A DNA stretch of 64,000 nt from Botryllus schlosseri (Eukaryota). Below are positions 1-13,595 of the stretch, one piece after another; positions within the stretch are counted from its first letter, which is position 1; each line of letters starts with the position of its first letter. The notes beneath the pieces were generated by a model. That model worked only from the letters and a program-made list of their open reading frames with translations. It searched no databases and was not told where the DNA came from. Where the stretch lies: NCBI GenBank assembly GCA_051294905.1, contig CM119385.1, positions 11,532,001-11,596,000 on the forward strand. The letters run 5' to 3'. The translations under genes were made by a program, and so were the position numbers.

Positions 1-41
1 GGAACGCAGGTTAGGACCCTCTGATGTCAAACGCTCAAAAC

Positions 42-140
42 CAGTGGTTCCGAAAGTGGGTCCCAGCGCCCCTGGGGGCGCTAGCTACGAATTGGGTGAT
101 TGGGGGCGCTGAGAGTAAACGTAGGCGCTATGGAAAAATC
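42..140 (+). mobile_element. Probable left end of a decayed hAT-like element
   Basis: It starts CAGTGGTTCC, like the 2501 MITE, followed by GGGGCGCT subterminal motifs. No matching right end or TSD was found. Confidence 0.35.
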
Positions 141-2087
141 CATATAATATTAGCTTGTGGCGACACCATGCGGTGCCACTACAGTGGTCATCGAAGCGTA
201 CAGTCCTTGCTCTTTACATTGTCAAGAGCTGTTTGGTTGTTCTTCAGTCAGTTCGCTCAAGTGCTGCTTGCAATAAACTTGCTACTTGCTTGAAGCTCTC
301 TCTCTCTCTGCTCGTGCACCGAAGGCAGATTTAGGAATATTGTCAGGTCGTTCGCGGTCGGGCAAGTTGCATTCAATCGAAAATCGTCACCAGCGTTCTC
401 CGCGGATGCTCATTGTCATGCAACATTGAGTTTTCTTCAACTAACCATACAGACAGCCAGTCAACCAAACAACGAATAGACTAATTAAATTATTCAGTGA
501 CACTGATTTTGCACAAGTATGAGCAGTGAGCACACATTCAAATGTATTTACAGTACAACGAGGACGATAAAGTTGTGTGTGCATATCGCACCAAAACGAA
601 GTACGATGATTTGGAAGATAAATTGCCTTGTACGATTGTTTTCACTGATTGTGTCTGTACCAGAGTTCGTACAAAATCGTAACTCTGACATAGCACACAT
701 AACATATATCGGGCTGGCAATGAATTAGATCAACACGTGTAGTGACTGAGCAATGAGCATATGCACTGTGCAATGAGCCAAAAAGGTTTTGTCGGGAGAA
801 GAAGTGGTCTTTGGGGCGTTTGATTCTTGGTTTGCGACCCAGGGGCGTTGTTTTAAAAAAAACTTTGGAGATAGAATCAAGAAGCCTGGCAGGCCAAGCC
901 GGTTTGTTATTTTCTCCTGCGGAAAAGGTCCTAGCGATCAAAACGCGTGGCCTGAAATTTTACTAAGAGCCAGGGCGGACATTGTTTGAAACTTTGGGGA
1001 ACTCAACTCTAAGCGCTAATTTTGAATGATACTACCAAGTGGAACTCAGATCGGTGTTACCTTATGGTTCACGACCGTTTTTCCTCTCTGGGCCGTTTCA
1101 TTGTGGGTCAGTAAAATATCGTCGTAATTAATCCGCCCAACGTTGAAATAAATTCATCGAAGTCCCATAATATATTGAAACTTTCGTATTGGTAATCGCC
1201 AATCATATTGTTGGCTTACGATAGAAGCAAGAAGTCTAGCAGGCCAAGCCGCTTTGTTATTTTCTCCGACGCAAAAGGTCCCAGCAATATCTAGCGGTCA
1301 ATAACGCGAGGCCCAAACCTCAATTTGAGAATATTATTCTGGTAAATAGAGATAGATTCATTAATCCATAAACGCTAAGCAGCTGCGACCAGTCTACCGG
1401 AGCCTGAGGTAATCGATTGGTGGTCTTCCTAATCTACCATCTCCATAAGCCAACGTTGCTGAAACTATTTTCATCTGCACAACATAGTAAAAATACAATA
1501 TCGTACAATGAAATACACAGGACACAATGTAAAGTAATGAACAGATAGGAGAATGCTGGTTTGCGCTAATATTTATAGACGCAAGATATACGCACTATAC
1601 GCATATCGTATTGTATTCAATCAAACATGTTTTCTATAATACTGCAACTCATGTAGGAAAAAGGAGTGTATAAGTCATCAGGCAACCCGATAGAATTACA
1701 ATGAAAACTGCAATCTTAGATAAGTGTCAATTTTGGTCCTATGCGGGATAGGGTGTTAGAACTGAAATGACACTCGATTTTGACAGCAGCTGATGTTAAG
1801 ACACTTCCCGCAGTCGCGTGTCGCTTATCCGAATGCTACCGTCATACCGTGGTAGCTGCGAGGGGTCATTGCTTCTTCATTCAAGTGTGACGTAGCCTAT
1901 ATCAGAGCTCAGTGAAATTGATAAGTGCACGACGGAGTGAATTTATTCAGCTGAAGTGTTAGGAAGTGCACGTGAATAGAAGACTAATAAGTGCCATGAT
2001 GTAGCGGCAGTTAAATGCAAATAGAGGCTGCTCGTAAGATAGGTGTAATTGATTTTATCATGTAATAGCCCTTCTAATTGACTCCGT

Positions 2088-2706
2088 CTATTTCCGCACG
2101 GCAACACTGGATTTCATAGCACCAGGTAGTTGCGCTGTAGCAGGAAGTAATGTTGACCGCCGTGGTGAGCCGTGACGCATACTCCTTCTCGTAGGATTGC
2201 GGGACGCTTCTTCTCCTCCGTCATTATCCTGGTCTGCGAATCCTTTCAGATAGTGCAAAGGGAGACTGGCCAGATCGGTTTCGGACAGACATTCCATGCC
2301 TGTAAAATTCAATCACTATTATTGTGTTCACCCAGAATGCGAGGTTGCGCTAACGGGTCACAGCACTTTCGAGAAACCATCTTCACAGGAAGAAACATTC
2401 TTATTCACCACCTAGCTAGAATATATAGATAGATGGAGGCGCTCGGCACATTACTGTCCTGGACGAAACAAGATGCTAAATGTTTATCGATGATCCAGAG
2501 CAGTGGTTCCCAACCTTTTTCGACCCATCGCCCCCTTTTCAAGGTCAACACCGATCATCGCCCCCCAAATTTTGTGCACCGATAATTGGGCATACAGACT
2601 GTAATCACCGGCGGGTTGACTAAAAAAAAAAAAAAAAAAAAGGTCATCTTTCTCCGCTCAGAGCTGAAAATAACGTTTTTTCGCTCCGCATTGCTAGGTG
2701 GATGAC

Positions 2707-2737
<31 letters not shown>

Positions 2738-5700
2738 TCAGCCGTTTTACGCGTCATCGCCCCCCTATCGCCCCCTTCGCTATTTTCGCCCCCCGTCGCC
2801 CCCTTTGTCCATTTTCGCCCCCCTGTCGCCCCCTTCGTCATTTTCGCCCCCCTAGATCGCCAAATCGCCCCCTGGGGGGCGATATCGCCCACGTTGGGAA
2901 CCACTGATCCAGAGTAAACTATAACGTCGTGCAGCCCTTCGCAAGCACTAGCGTCAAACAATTCTCATATTCTCAGGGATTCGCGGGTGACTTTTCATGT
3001 ATTTGTAATGACCTGGCATTTTTTAACAGCTTATCTTTATATTTGCTTTTTTGTGTGTGCTTCTTCTATCAATATATGTTACAAATAGCCGCATCTACCT
3101 CTATCTTGCATTCGCCGTGACATAGGGAGATCGGGAGAGAAGTCGACTACATCCGTGTTCTGTAAACATTACTGTTATTTAGCATCAAATTCAACAGAAA
3201 AGCGAGGTCAAACTTACCGGTATAGAAAGTGCCTGAAACGGAGAGCAGAGGTTACCGAATCTTGAGGTCGTTTGGGGGTTTATGAACCCGACCCTATACC
3301 TTCTTTCGTGCCTCGTGGCTCTGCGTTTTGCCAAGCCCTTTTCCGTGGTTTCTCCTAGGATCTTTTCCTGAACGCGCATAGATTCACATTGCAATTCGCT
3401 ATGCCTTATGCCAACTCTAGTGATGAAACAGAGTTTGCAGCTCCCGTTTATGGTTTCATTTGATGGGACATGACCTTAATTAACCTTAATTTCATGTTCA
3501 CAAGGTTGCCGACCCCAATGCTGTACTTTACCTATGAGTTACGCTTTGTAGCTATAATTTGTATGCGCATCCATTGCCATTGATAACGTCACGCTACAAT
3601 GTTTGTGCATCATACAATCATTTGCCGGCGTTGTTTTGAGGCTTCGTATAAATATTATATATTGTGACAGGTATAACAGATGCAGTAAATCTTATGATTA
3701 TATTACACGAATGTATGGTAGGCTACTCAGTATACACACTAATTTTTGGTATAAGTAATTCATACAAGATAGCAATAGAATTACCTTCGGTGTTTCAAAT
3801 TTCGAAACCGTCTCTGCGCGTACAAGTTTGCGCGCTGAAGGTAGGGTTTTCTTATTTTCTGCCATAATATGCGTTGTCATTCTCCTTTCCGGGAGACGTT
3901 TCGAAGTTTGTAAATTTGGAAGTGCTGGTAATTTTACACTTGATAAGTCTTCATTGTGTGATTCCGCATTCTCGCCCACTTCAGCAACTGGATTATTACC
4001 TGCAATGACGATCAACAATTGTACATTTATATATTCAATTGAGTGATCATGTGGTAATCCTTATGAGTTTTTCGGGGGAGGAGCAACATACAGTATTTGG
4101 TTCAGTTGGCCGGCTTATGGTTGATTTATAGCTTAGGTTAAGGACTAACTAAACTTGGTTTTACACACTACCAGTCTGATGCATCGACAGGTGACAAGCA
4201 ATGGAGATTGAAGATCTTATAGACTTAGTCGAATATGCGGGATTTAGGGATCGCCCACATCCATTCTGACACATTTCCGTGATTTCGGTGTTCGCCAACG
4301 GCGGAACGCAATCGCCAAGAACACGCGGAATATGGAAGTAGAAGATTACACAAACTTTTGTGTTGGGTATTGGAATCAACCTTGTCTTTCACTTCATCCT
4401 CAAACGTGACGGACTGTGCGGGCAAATGATCCGGCGGCGTGTCTTCTGCCCGAGAGAAAGACATGAGATCTTGCATAACAGAATCGAACATATTGGACCA
4501 ACCTTGTGTATGTCGGGCTTCAGCCCCCGTGTGCGATACATCTTCAACTAGCTCTCCCCAAGGATTTCTGAAAAAACGGATTTTAGATTACGAAATAGTT
4601 GCGCAATAGCGTCATTTGGGTTCCTGAGAAATACACATGATTGCGCGACTTTAAACAACTCAAATTCTACAAACGTATGTCTCAAAATAGTTAACCTTGG
4701 ATGCTGGAAGGACGCGGGGTTCTTCAAGTTCCACTTCTTTTTCTGACCGAAAGTACCAATAAATTTCCCGTCCAAAGTCCACAGCCTAGCGGTTCTATCC
4801 GACGACGATGTGACGATTAATCCAAGAAATTCGTATTCAATGTAGTTCAGGCTCACGATTGCCATATCGTGGGCCTTCCACTGCTTCTTCAAGGGTGGAC
4901 TGTCGGTCTGAAACTGAAGGCCACGTATAGCAGGCAGTGACAGGAATGCCAATCTTGTGCTCTGATACCTCTTGCAGATCAGAAACACAGAAGTTTGAGA
5001 TGTCCCAAACTCTGACTGTTCCAGTCGTGTCACCTGTGATCAGTAGGGAGTTGTCTATAGACGACGCCATTCCTAAGATTGAAGACTCGGGCGTGTCCGT
5101 CGCTGAAAATTTCCCTGTACGCAAGGCATAGGTTGTAAATATGGTACCATCCAGCCAACAGATTTCACACAATTTCGGTTGCTGCAAATTCCATCGTAAT
5201 TCACACACCACTCAATATAACTCACCCAAATGATGCTTATGGCCAAAAAATGACCATAAATGAATGACTCCGCTTTCGCTGCTCAGTAGAACTGCCCCGC
5301 ATTTCTTGTTCTTCGACAATCTTTCTTTCGTTACTCTATTCTCCAGGAACAAAAGCTTTTCCACTGGGGTAGATTGATGTCTGTAGTATTATCATAATTC
5401 AGATGCAACAGCAACAGCCGGGTAAGTCAGCAGAGCGATTGAAGCCTAATTGATACCGCAGGGAGCATCGTAAAACCTACCCTTTCAGGGCTTTCGACTT
5501 TTTCAATACTGCGGAAATTTGTTCGGTTTCTTCGCTCCACACGATTATCGTACCGTCGTAGCTTCCAGTGGCGAGGTAATATGGGTCACAGTGGTCCATG
5601 GTTAAAATATCGTCCTGAAATAGCGATACGAGAGAATGAGAATACATAAATATCCCTTCCGCCATATTATAGAGAAAAATTGAGCAGAAGTGGTCAGTAA

Positions 5701-8700
5701 TGAAGTACTTCCACGTTTCATAGTTTTTAGGAAAAACTAGGCCCAGAATGCTTATATTCAATTTACTTGCAAATCGATACTTCTATACTTATAGCCGAGT
5801 AGACATTTATGACGTTACTTCTACTTCTATTTGAGCTCCAACGATGACTACATTGACAAACTTCTGAAATTGAGAACCCAACATTTACACTTAATACTGC
5901 ATTGGTAATCGGCTAGTATGGGTAGAGTACATAAATGAAAGGACGTCATTGTTATTGTGACGACATAGTTGAAATCATGCCACATCATCGAAATGCGAGA
6001 TTACGAATGATGTTTTTATCTTCTCGGCTGCCCGCCATGGGATTGCTGTTAAGATATTGTCGTTTTCTTATTTATATCAACAGGTACCCGCAAAAATCAC
6101 GGGATGCGTTGACACTTACCTTGTGCATTTGGCCGCCCTTCCAATTCGTGTTGGCGTGCACAAAGATGATCTGCAAACAACATTGAGATGAATTGCAAAA
6201 GTGATTTGTAACTGTGATCTGTGAATATATGTAATTACATCTGGATCTGAGTCGTCATATGTAGTTATTTGCCTACTCCAGCCGACGGCAAGGACTTTTT
6301 GGTCCTGGAATGACATAATTCCGGTCACTTCAGCCTCGGCGATCGACTTAAATTCATGCAGGCAGTTTCCATTTTGGAAATTCCAAGCCTATAATCGAGA
6401 TTTTGCGTCAGCACAATGTATGCACAATGTGAGCATAATGCAAGCACGAGGCCTATAGGGCTTTTCTTGAATATTTACTTTTATTGTTCCGTCTCTGGCC
6501 CCCGTAAACAGTCGTCGCCAGGATTTGTCGAACGCTATACAAGTTATCTCTTCGTGCCCGTGAGCGTTGCTGAATTTCAATGACCGAACCCCGTTTTCTA
6601 CATTCCATACGGAAACGGTGGAATCGTCCGCTCCAGTGACCACCTAAAATGTGACAACATAAAAACATGCATCGCGCGTATTATGATTGTAATCTGCAAT
6701 AAATATTCCTGGTACTTTTGAGATACCCATTTTGTCATATTCAAAAACACAAAATATGAGGCATATGCCCTGTTATCCATATCGCTATTAGTTAATTTCT
6801 GTTCATAGAGGTGGTCAGTAACGAAGTTTCTACTCGTTCAGAGTACTCAAGTATTAGGTTTTGCCTATACTTGCACTGATTACTCAAGTGATTATGTTGT
6901 TTTACGATACTACCACTTGTACTTTACAGAGTTTTCGGCAATATTACTTACTCTGAAGACATGAGATTTCCTAGAGTCTAAAGTAGTTATGGGATATGTT
7001 TGGATCGGGTTTGTGAGTGAGATTGATACAACGATTGGGCGAAATACCCCATGTGTAACGGCAACTGGATATATATTCGATAATTGCGGGAATTTGTGGT
7101 GTCGTTGGTCATTTTGCGTCAGTAGCGAAGATGCACCCTGCACTTTCGAAGATATAGCCATCTGCGGTCGACTATACTAAATGTATATAACGGCTCGATT
7201 AAATCTACTTTTCATAACCATATATACTTGAGTTTTTGAGCTCTTCAATTCTATTTCCACTTGAAGTAGTTTTGACATGTCTTGGAAATCGCTACTTCTA
7301 CTTGTAATTGAGTATAAACATACACCATTACTACTACTTACACTTGAGTACTAACAACGCTATATTTGACCATGCACCTCTGTTTGTCCAACGCTGGCTG
7401 GCCACTGATTACTAAGAACTCTAGCGGTATCGCGTCTCCTCTCAAACCTTGGGAGAAGGAGACTTTGTAGACCCTACAAGTAATTGATATTCAGTATAAT
7501 GAATAGCAAAGATCATGATATTGATGAAGTTGAATTCAGTCATATTTCATTGACAAAGTGTTACCTGATGAAAAAGATCGTTGTAGATCGCGTTGCACAG
7601 AGGAGCTTCGTGTGTCGTAGGCGCTTCTGGCGGTGGTTTCAATTTACCCATCTTAAACAGCGCAATGCAGTCATTGCAGCTCACCAGCATCATGTCATGA
7701 GGTTGCTCGAAGAGGTTCAACGGGAATTCACCTTTCGTCAGAAGGAATATACTCTAGTCAGGACGATAAATAATCCACTTCAAGGCAGAAATGTGAACTT
7801 GAAATTTTGATTTCAATAATTTTTTAACTACATACCGAACATACCATTTTAAGTTCCAAGTCTAAGCATCAGATTTTGTTTCCTATCGACATATTATATA
7901 TTAGTTTAATCTAAACAGTTTGTCGGATTTTGTAATTAGTCATAGCCGCGGCTTGCCTTCGAGTTATCTATTGCAATCGTATTTTTATTTGATATATATC
8001 CATAAGTCACACTACTGTGCCCAATCCCGCCCAGAAGTCATCAGCTAATAATACTGAACTGTGTAACATTGATCGATTAACTGTAGATAACCATACCATG
8101 ATCGGGAATTCTTCCCTGTGGAAACGAAGGGATCTTCAGGGTAATCGTCTGTAAACAGTTCTGTTCCTTTATATCCCATATCTTGAGTATCTGCGTTGTC
8201 AGAAAGCATAATACTCGATAAGATTTTCGAAGCGAGGTCACCGTCTTTTGTGTCGGTATTATGACAACGCCGAACACGAACAATGTGCAAATACCTCTAT
8301 ATAAGTATGTTTCTTTAATAAGCCTGAAAAAGCTTTGTTTGTTTTACCACAGCGGGACTTTGCGATCAATATTCACGCTGCGTTACTGCCTCTTCTCTGC
8401 GCTCACAGCGTTATTAAGATTCACGGCACTCGCCAATACCAAATTTGAAATAGTGTTGTCGAGATGAAAAACTCAGCTTGCTATCAATTAACTCAAGTGA
8501 AATGTTGCTACTAATAAATTACCTGTGGATCTTTGTTGAATCTCAATACACCACTAAGGTATCCAATCCAGTTTATTTATACTTTTAATCTTAAACGCGA
8601 TCATAAATCAACATGCCCTCAAAACAAACAGCAGTCGTGATAGAATAAGACCATAAACGAGAAAAACAGAGACACCTATAGGTCTACTCTCGGGTTCACA

Positions 8701-11700
8701 TCACAAAATCACTCGACATGATAAAGATTAAACTATCTCACCGCATCTTTAGAGTAGCTGATTATTTGTCCGAAAGATCTGTTGATCGCTACATCGCATA
8801 TTCCCGTGCTGTGACCCTGAAGGAGGCAAATTGGTTTCGCGTCGACGTAAGGATTCCAAATCCTGACTAGGTGATCTAGGCTTCCGGTAACCAGTACGTT
8901 CAGTGGCTTGCTGTAGTCGAAACATTCGACGCCCTGTCATTGGATTGTGAATATGCGGCAATAATCCACAGACTTTCCGATATTTGTGTTACCAAACCTT
9001 GTTGACTTTGAATATGTAGGGCTTCTTCTTCTTTTTTAAATCCATCAATACAACTGATGTGGCTGAGGAAGACGACGAGGATACGATTTGATTACCGTCA
9101 GCGACGTACATCACTCTACGTATTATCTCATCATGGATGTTTGGAATGCACTCGTAGGTGACAAACGCCCTGTGTATATTCTTGCTGTCTCTATACTCGG
9201 GATCCGCGATTAGGTCCTGTGCCACAGAAAAACTTATTTGATAAAGAGTCTATAAAACTGCGATTGCCGAAAATAGTTCGAACATCTGGCACTTGAAAAC
9301 CAGTAAACCTATTACCCATACCTGATTAGGAAAAAACCATTAATGAGGACAACGACAGGTTATGTGTGCATCGGAACATCACACAGTCGGAACACATTCT
9401 ATTAGTTTATTGAAGTCAATGGTACCATACAGCTTTCAGCAGTTGTCATGTACAAATATATCAGCCAGATTGGTCTAGCTTAGGCTTCCCAATTTACGAG
9501 ACGATCTGGAAATCCACACAATACATGCAAATCAAATATACATACGTTGAAATAGATTCGCTGAATTCCTTGCTTCGGATTGAACGGCTTTCCAAACAAA
9601 CGCGACTGTGGTGAGTGGAAATGCAACAAATGAACAGAACCCTCATCATCGCCAAAGATTAATATCGAATGCCCGTTTCGAGCTGTTTCAGAGTACCAGT
9701 AATTAACACAGTTCGGGACATCAGGGAGCGCTAAAATGGAGAAGATTATCGCAACTTATGAATGACTAGATGCAAACATCCATGTTACCATATAAGCAGA
9801 ATTCTGCATAATACGGATTTGTTGATGTGTCGTAAAAGTATATCTCGCGGCTGGTAGTCGTGAGCGCGAATTTTTGTGAGTTTTTCATGTATATTGCATC
9901 GGTTACCCATGTATGACATCTCCGTTTTGCACCAGTTTCATCGGCAGCAACATTCGAAGATAGTTTATAATTCTTAAAAGATATATAAGGTATGCGTGTG
10001 AGGGAACATAGATTTATCTCCTGAGAACGCAGTCATTTGAGTCTACAAACATAAATCGATTTAATCACCTTGAGCAGTCTTAATTCGGTATCCCAAACAC
10101 CAATATCACCGACTTTACTGACATTGACAATTCTTGTTGGATTTTCAACCAAAAACATTTTTGTCGTCGTCTCTTGCTAAACAGAAAAGTTGTCATTGTG
10201 TGCGGAATCACGCTGCTGCAATACACTCTGTATAGTGGATTTACCTTGTTATGATACGACCTTTTCACAATAGCTTCCGCTGTAAAGGGTTTTATTTGGG
10301 ATGTCATCTGAATGTGCTCGACTTCACGCATCTGTAGTACCATGTATGTACAAAATTCGTTCCAATCCACGAATCCATCGCATCCTGTATCAACCTAGAA
10401 TACATAGAATGGCAGTGTTGTACTTGGAATGCTACACGATACAGGTAGTTTCTCCACGCACCCAAGAAATTGCCAGGAACCTAATTTTATCCAAACCTAG
10501 AGCGTCCCTTCAACACCAGATATGATGGTGATGCTGTTATGTTTTCCGTATCAATGATTAGAAGTGTAATCTACAATGTACTGTACATATAAACATATTA
10601 CATGGACTATAGACCAGAGATCGGCGCTCACTATGAGTATACCGCTGTATGTTAATTATTCTTAGTTGTGTCGGTGAACAAAATCCATAAAATAATTCTT
10701 GACTATAATATACGCTTCAGCTGGGGTATAAAACGCATATACCTTGTAAAATAACATTTCCATTTGATCGTTCCATTTTTCTGTCCCCAACATTTTGGAT
10801 ACTATGTCTTTGAACTCTGCTAATGTCTTCTTCTCTGATTGTTGGGAATTGTCTAGAAGAAAATATTCGCATGTCTGATATGCGACGTGACGCGAGCGTT
10901 AGCTTGCTATCGTATAGGAACAGACCTTGGTCATGATCCGTCTTTTTCGGTTGGAAAATTCTAAGCAATTCCTCCAAATGTTTTCGTGTGATATGCTCTT
11001 CTAGTCTGATACTGCTGTCAGCGCTGTGATAAAGGAATGTATATCTATTTCCTTGGAGTAACCCTGCTACGCACGGCTCGGGCGATTATATATGACTTGG
11101 TTTTGACATCGAGGCCACTATATAATCAGTTATCATTTCCCTCCTACTGTGTATATATTACCTATCAGATATTGAATAACGATACGATCAAGTCTATATT
11201 ATCCATTGTCACACACTAATCACACACTTGTATAGGAATTTCTGATTCGTAGGGTCTTTACCTCACATTCTTAGAGCACGTATCAAGGTTTCAAATGCTT
11301 AGTATAGAGGCAACAACAACAGCGTTAAATATACACATTATTGTAATTTCTTATATACTTTCACAGTCCACAAAATGTAATGAGTCTACGTTGCCAGCAT
11401 TCATAACAGCTTCGCCTCAAGAATCGCATATAGACAGATTGTACCTATAAAGTTTCCTAGCTAATTTAGCAGACTGTAATCCGCTAATTAGTGGATAGAT
11501 CCCACTCATCACCAGATGCCTGCATATAGGTTCGGAGACGCAGTCCAATAAAAGTACTTACTAAGTAATCCTAACCTTCAAATGTCTTATTATATTCATA
11601 TAGTTGTGTCGGCAACAGAATGGTAATACTATTATTTTCATAAAAACACAGAGTAACATCACCAACCTTTTGTAGCTGTAATTACTCGACGTATCGCTCA

Positions 11701-11737
11701 TTCTACTCGATATTGAGTTGAAGGAATTCATAACCAT
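2088..11737 (-). CDS. EF-hand and WD40-repeat protein, WDR49 / 'WD repeat-containing protein on Y chromosome' (WDY)-like; 23 exons, about 1148 aa as assembled
   Basis: Exons in transcript order: 11667-11737 (tentative first exon, MVMNSFNS...), 10926-11023 (RLEEHITRKHLEELLRIF), 10743-10852, 10245-10394 (EF-hand VDTGCDGFVDWNEFCTYM), 10069-10176, 9789-9972, 9546-9730 (LPDVPNCVNYWY...LIFGDDEG), 8998-9216, 8742-8933 (GVECFDYSKPLNVLVTGSLDHLVRIWNPY), 8097-8190, 7565-7731, 6479-6643 (VTGADDSTVSVWN...FTGARDGTIK), 6239-6388, 6120-6170, 5481-5614 (LATGSYDGTIIVW), 5226-5380, 4969-5114 (LITGDTTGTVRVWDIS), 4696-4913, 4356-4567, 3785-3999, 3218-3367 (SRFGNLCSPFQAL), 3099-3159, 2088-2299 (stop). All junctions are GT-AG and phase-compatible, total 3447 nt. 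The family call rests on recalled motifs; the exact ortholog is unresolved. Confidence 0.88.
2501..2906. mobile_element. hAT (Charlie/Buster-like) MITE in the last intron of the WD40 gene
   Basis: 14-bp TIR CAGTGGTTCCCAAC / GTTGGGAACCACTG and a perfect 8-bp TSD ATCCAGAG (2493-2500 and 2907-2914). The interior has many CGCCCC motifs and two GACT(A)nGGTCA units. Confidence 0.92.
6806..7362. repeat. Degenerate MITE-like intronic repeat rich in TACTTC/AGTAG motifs
   Basis: Loose terminal inversion TAGAGGTGGTCAGTA / TACTAACAACGCTA. Similar TACTT/AAGTAG-rich tracts occur near 5780-5850, 35190-35400, 35960-36370 and 45470-45870. No TSD was seen. Confidence 0.4.
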
Positions 11738-12896
11738 TACTTGCGAGAACTATGATGTTTAGAAGCTTAGGCCTACATTCTCACGTCAAAGGACTATGTA
11801 TAATATCTACAGCTAAGTATTCTTGAGCTTTTGTACTCGCGCGTTCCAGAAGCTAAATTGAATACCTGCTCCGTTATAGGTTTGTTAGTATTGACTATAT
11901 ATCTATATATTCTATCTCTACATTCTACGCAGAGGCTCTCTAACTTATGTGATCAATTTTCGATTCAACTATGAGCTGAGAGCAATCATTCTTCATGGAT
12001 TATCAGGCCTCCTTATTTTGGACTCTTCACTATTGTTCTCTTGAGTGCTACTTGAACATACTCGATCTTATACGACATCGCTTCAATTAATATACGGGAA
12101 CTTGACTATATTCCATTAGCCGTGTGTAATACCTATTTCTAAAAGCTCCATGAAATCGCTCCTTTTTTCGTTATAGATATAGCGACTTATCCGGGTCGTC
12201 AAAGGTTTGATTACCAGGCTCGATTTCGTTTCACGTAGGTCCTAGAACATCACCTTACCACCAGTCAATATTGCTATTTGGATTAGATATGACTGACACC
12301 AGCAAAGCAAATACTATTCGAAGGTGTGTCAGGTCATTCGACGTAAGATGTGAAGCCATTTGAATTAATAAATGAGCGAGGATCTACTGTGTAAACGTCT
12401 ACCGACCATTGCAATAAGGGGTTTTATGGGGTATATATATCGGTTTTATCGTTTGCCTATACATCAGCGATTCCATATAACTGAGCGCCGTGACACTTCC
12501 CTAGCGGCGGCGCCGCCACGGTATTTTAAGGTTCTTGCATCTTGTGTATTGGGAATGCAAACACAACATAATCACCTAATAGTCAGTCAATATATAGTGG
12601 CTAACGGACGATTTAACTCAAACACAACCAAGTCCCGCCATCCGCTTCTACGGTGCTGGATTTCATTTTATAGAGTATAAGATAGAACCTAAGAAATGTG
12701 ACAAAATGGATGCTTTGTTACAACACACATGCGTGTAGAGTAGAATTCACCACATGCTTTTCACCAGAGTTAGTTAATGCCGGGATTATTGCACTGGGGT
12801 CCACGTACCCCTTATGGTCCGATAACTAGTGTATGGGGGTCCGTGAATGGCGATTAGGGCTCTTCAAAAATGACTTTTTTTCTCAAATCGTACTGG

Positions 12897-13595
12897 CTAC
12901 TTGATAAAATTGTTAGGTTTGCATTCAATATGCTGCTTCCAAGACAATTTGGAATCAATGGTGACGCCGAGATATTTTGCTGAGTCACATAGTGAGATTT
13001 GTTTATGATTGATGTTCACAGTGAAATTATGACTGGCATTATTTAAAACGAGCATCTCGGTCTTATCTGCATTCAAACTTAGTTTGTTTGCTTGGAGCCA
13101 TCTCGACACTTTTCGGAGTTTCCTATTCAAAGATGCATGCAAATCATCGACAGTGTTGGAGGTTATGAAGAGGTGAGTATCATCAGCAAATAGCGTTGTG
13201 CGGAATAAACATGCATTAACAATGTCGTTAATATAAATGAGGAAAAAAGTCGGTCCAAGGACTGAACCTTGTGGCACTCCACAAGTTATATCTCTGGTAG
13301 TCGTTCTTAATGTCCCCAGTTTAACAAATTGTTTGCGGTTTGCCAGGTAGCTTTCAAGTAGAGTTGCTGCAATACCCCTGATTCCATAGTGTTCTAGCTT
13401 GTATCTTAAGATTCTGTGGTTAAATGTGTCGAAAGCTTTGCGGAGATCGATAAAAATGCTGCAGCCACTTTCTTTTTGCTTGATGGTTTTGTAATAGTCC
13501 GTTACAATTGATAGTATTGCATGGTTGGTGTTGTGGTTTGATCTGAATCCATGCTGAGACGGAGACAGTACTGCATTCAATTCAAAAAAATTCAA
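12897..13595 (-). mobile_element. Non-LTR retrotransposon (CR1/L2-group LINE) reverse transcriptase fragment, truncated
   Basis: The ORF contains SQHGFRS, IFIDLRKAFD, GVPQGSVLGPTFFLIYIND, LFADDT, LNADKTE and KYLGVTIDSKLSW, which are typical RT motifs of this LINE group. There is no ATG start and no endonuclease. Confidence 0.92.

Noticed and set aside
2644-2961. Poly-Lys and poly-Phe ORFs
   Set aside because: They are artefacts of the poly-A runs in the hAT MITE.
4225-4355. Read-through of the 4225-4491 ORF as the C-terminus of the WD40 protein
   Set aside because: A phase-1 donor at 4356 joins cleanly to 3999 and on to a conserved-looking downstream exon (FGNLCSPFQAL), so this stretch is intronic.
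8523-8555. 31-nt minus-strand segment bounded by AG and GT inside a WD40-gene intron
   Set aside because: The acceptor is weak, inclusion would shift the frame, and the flanking exons already join in phase.
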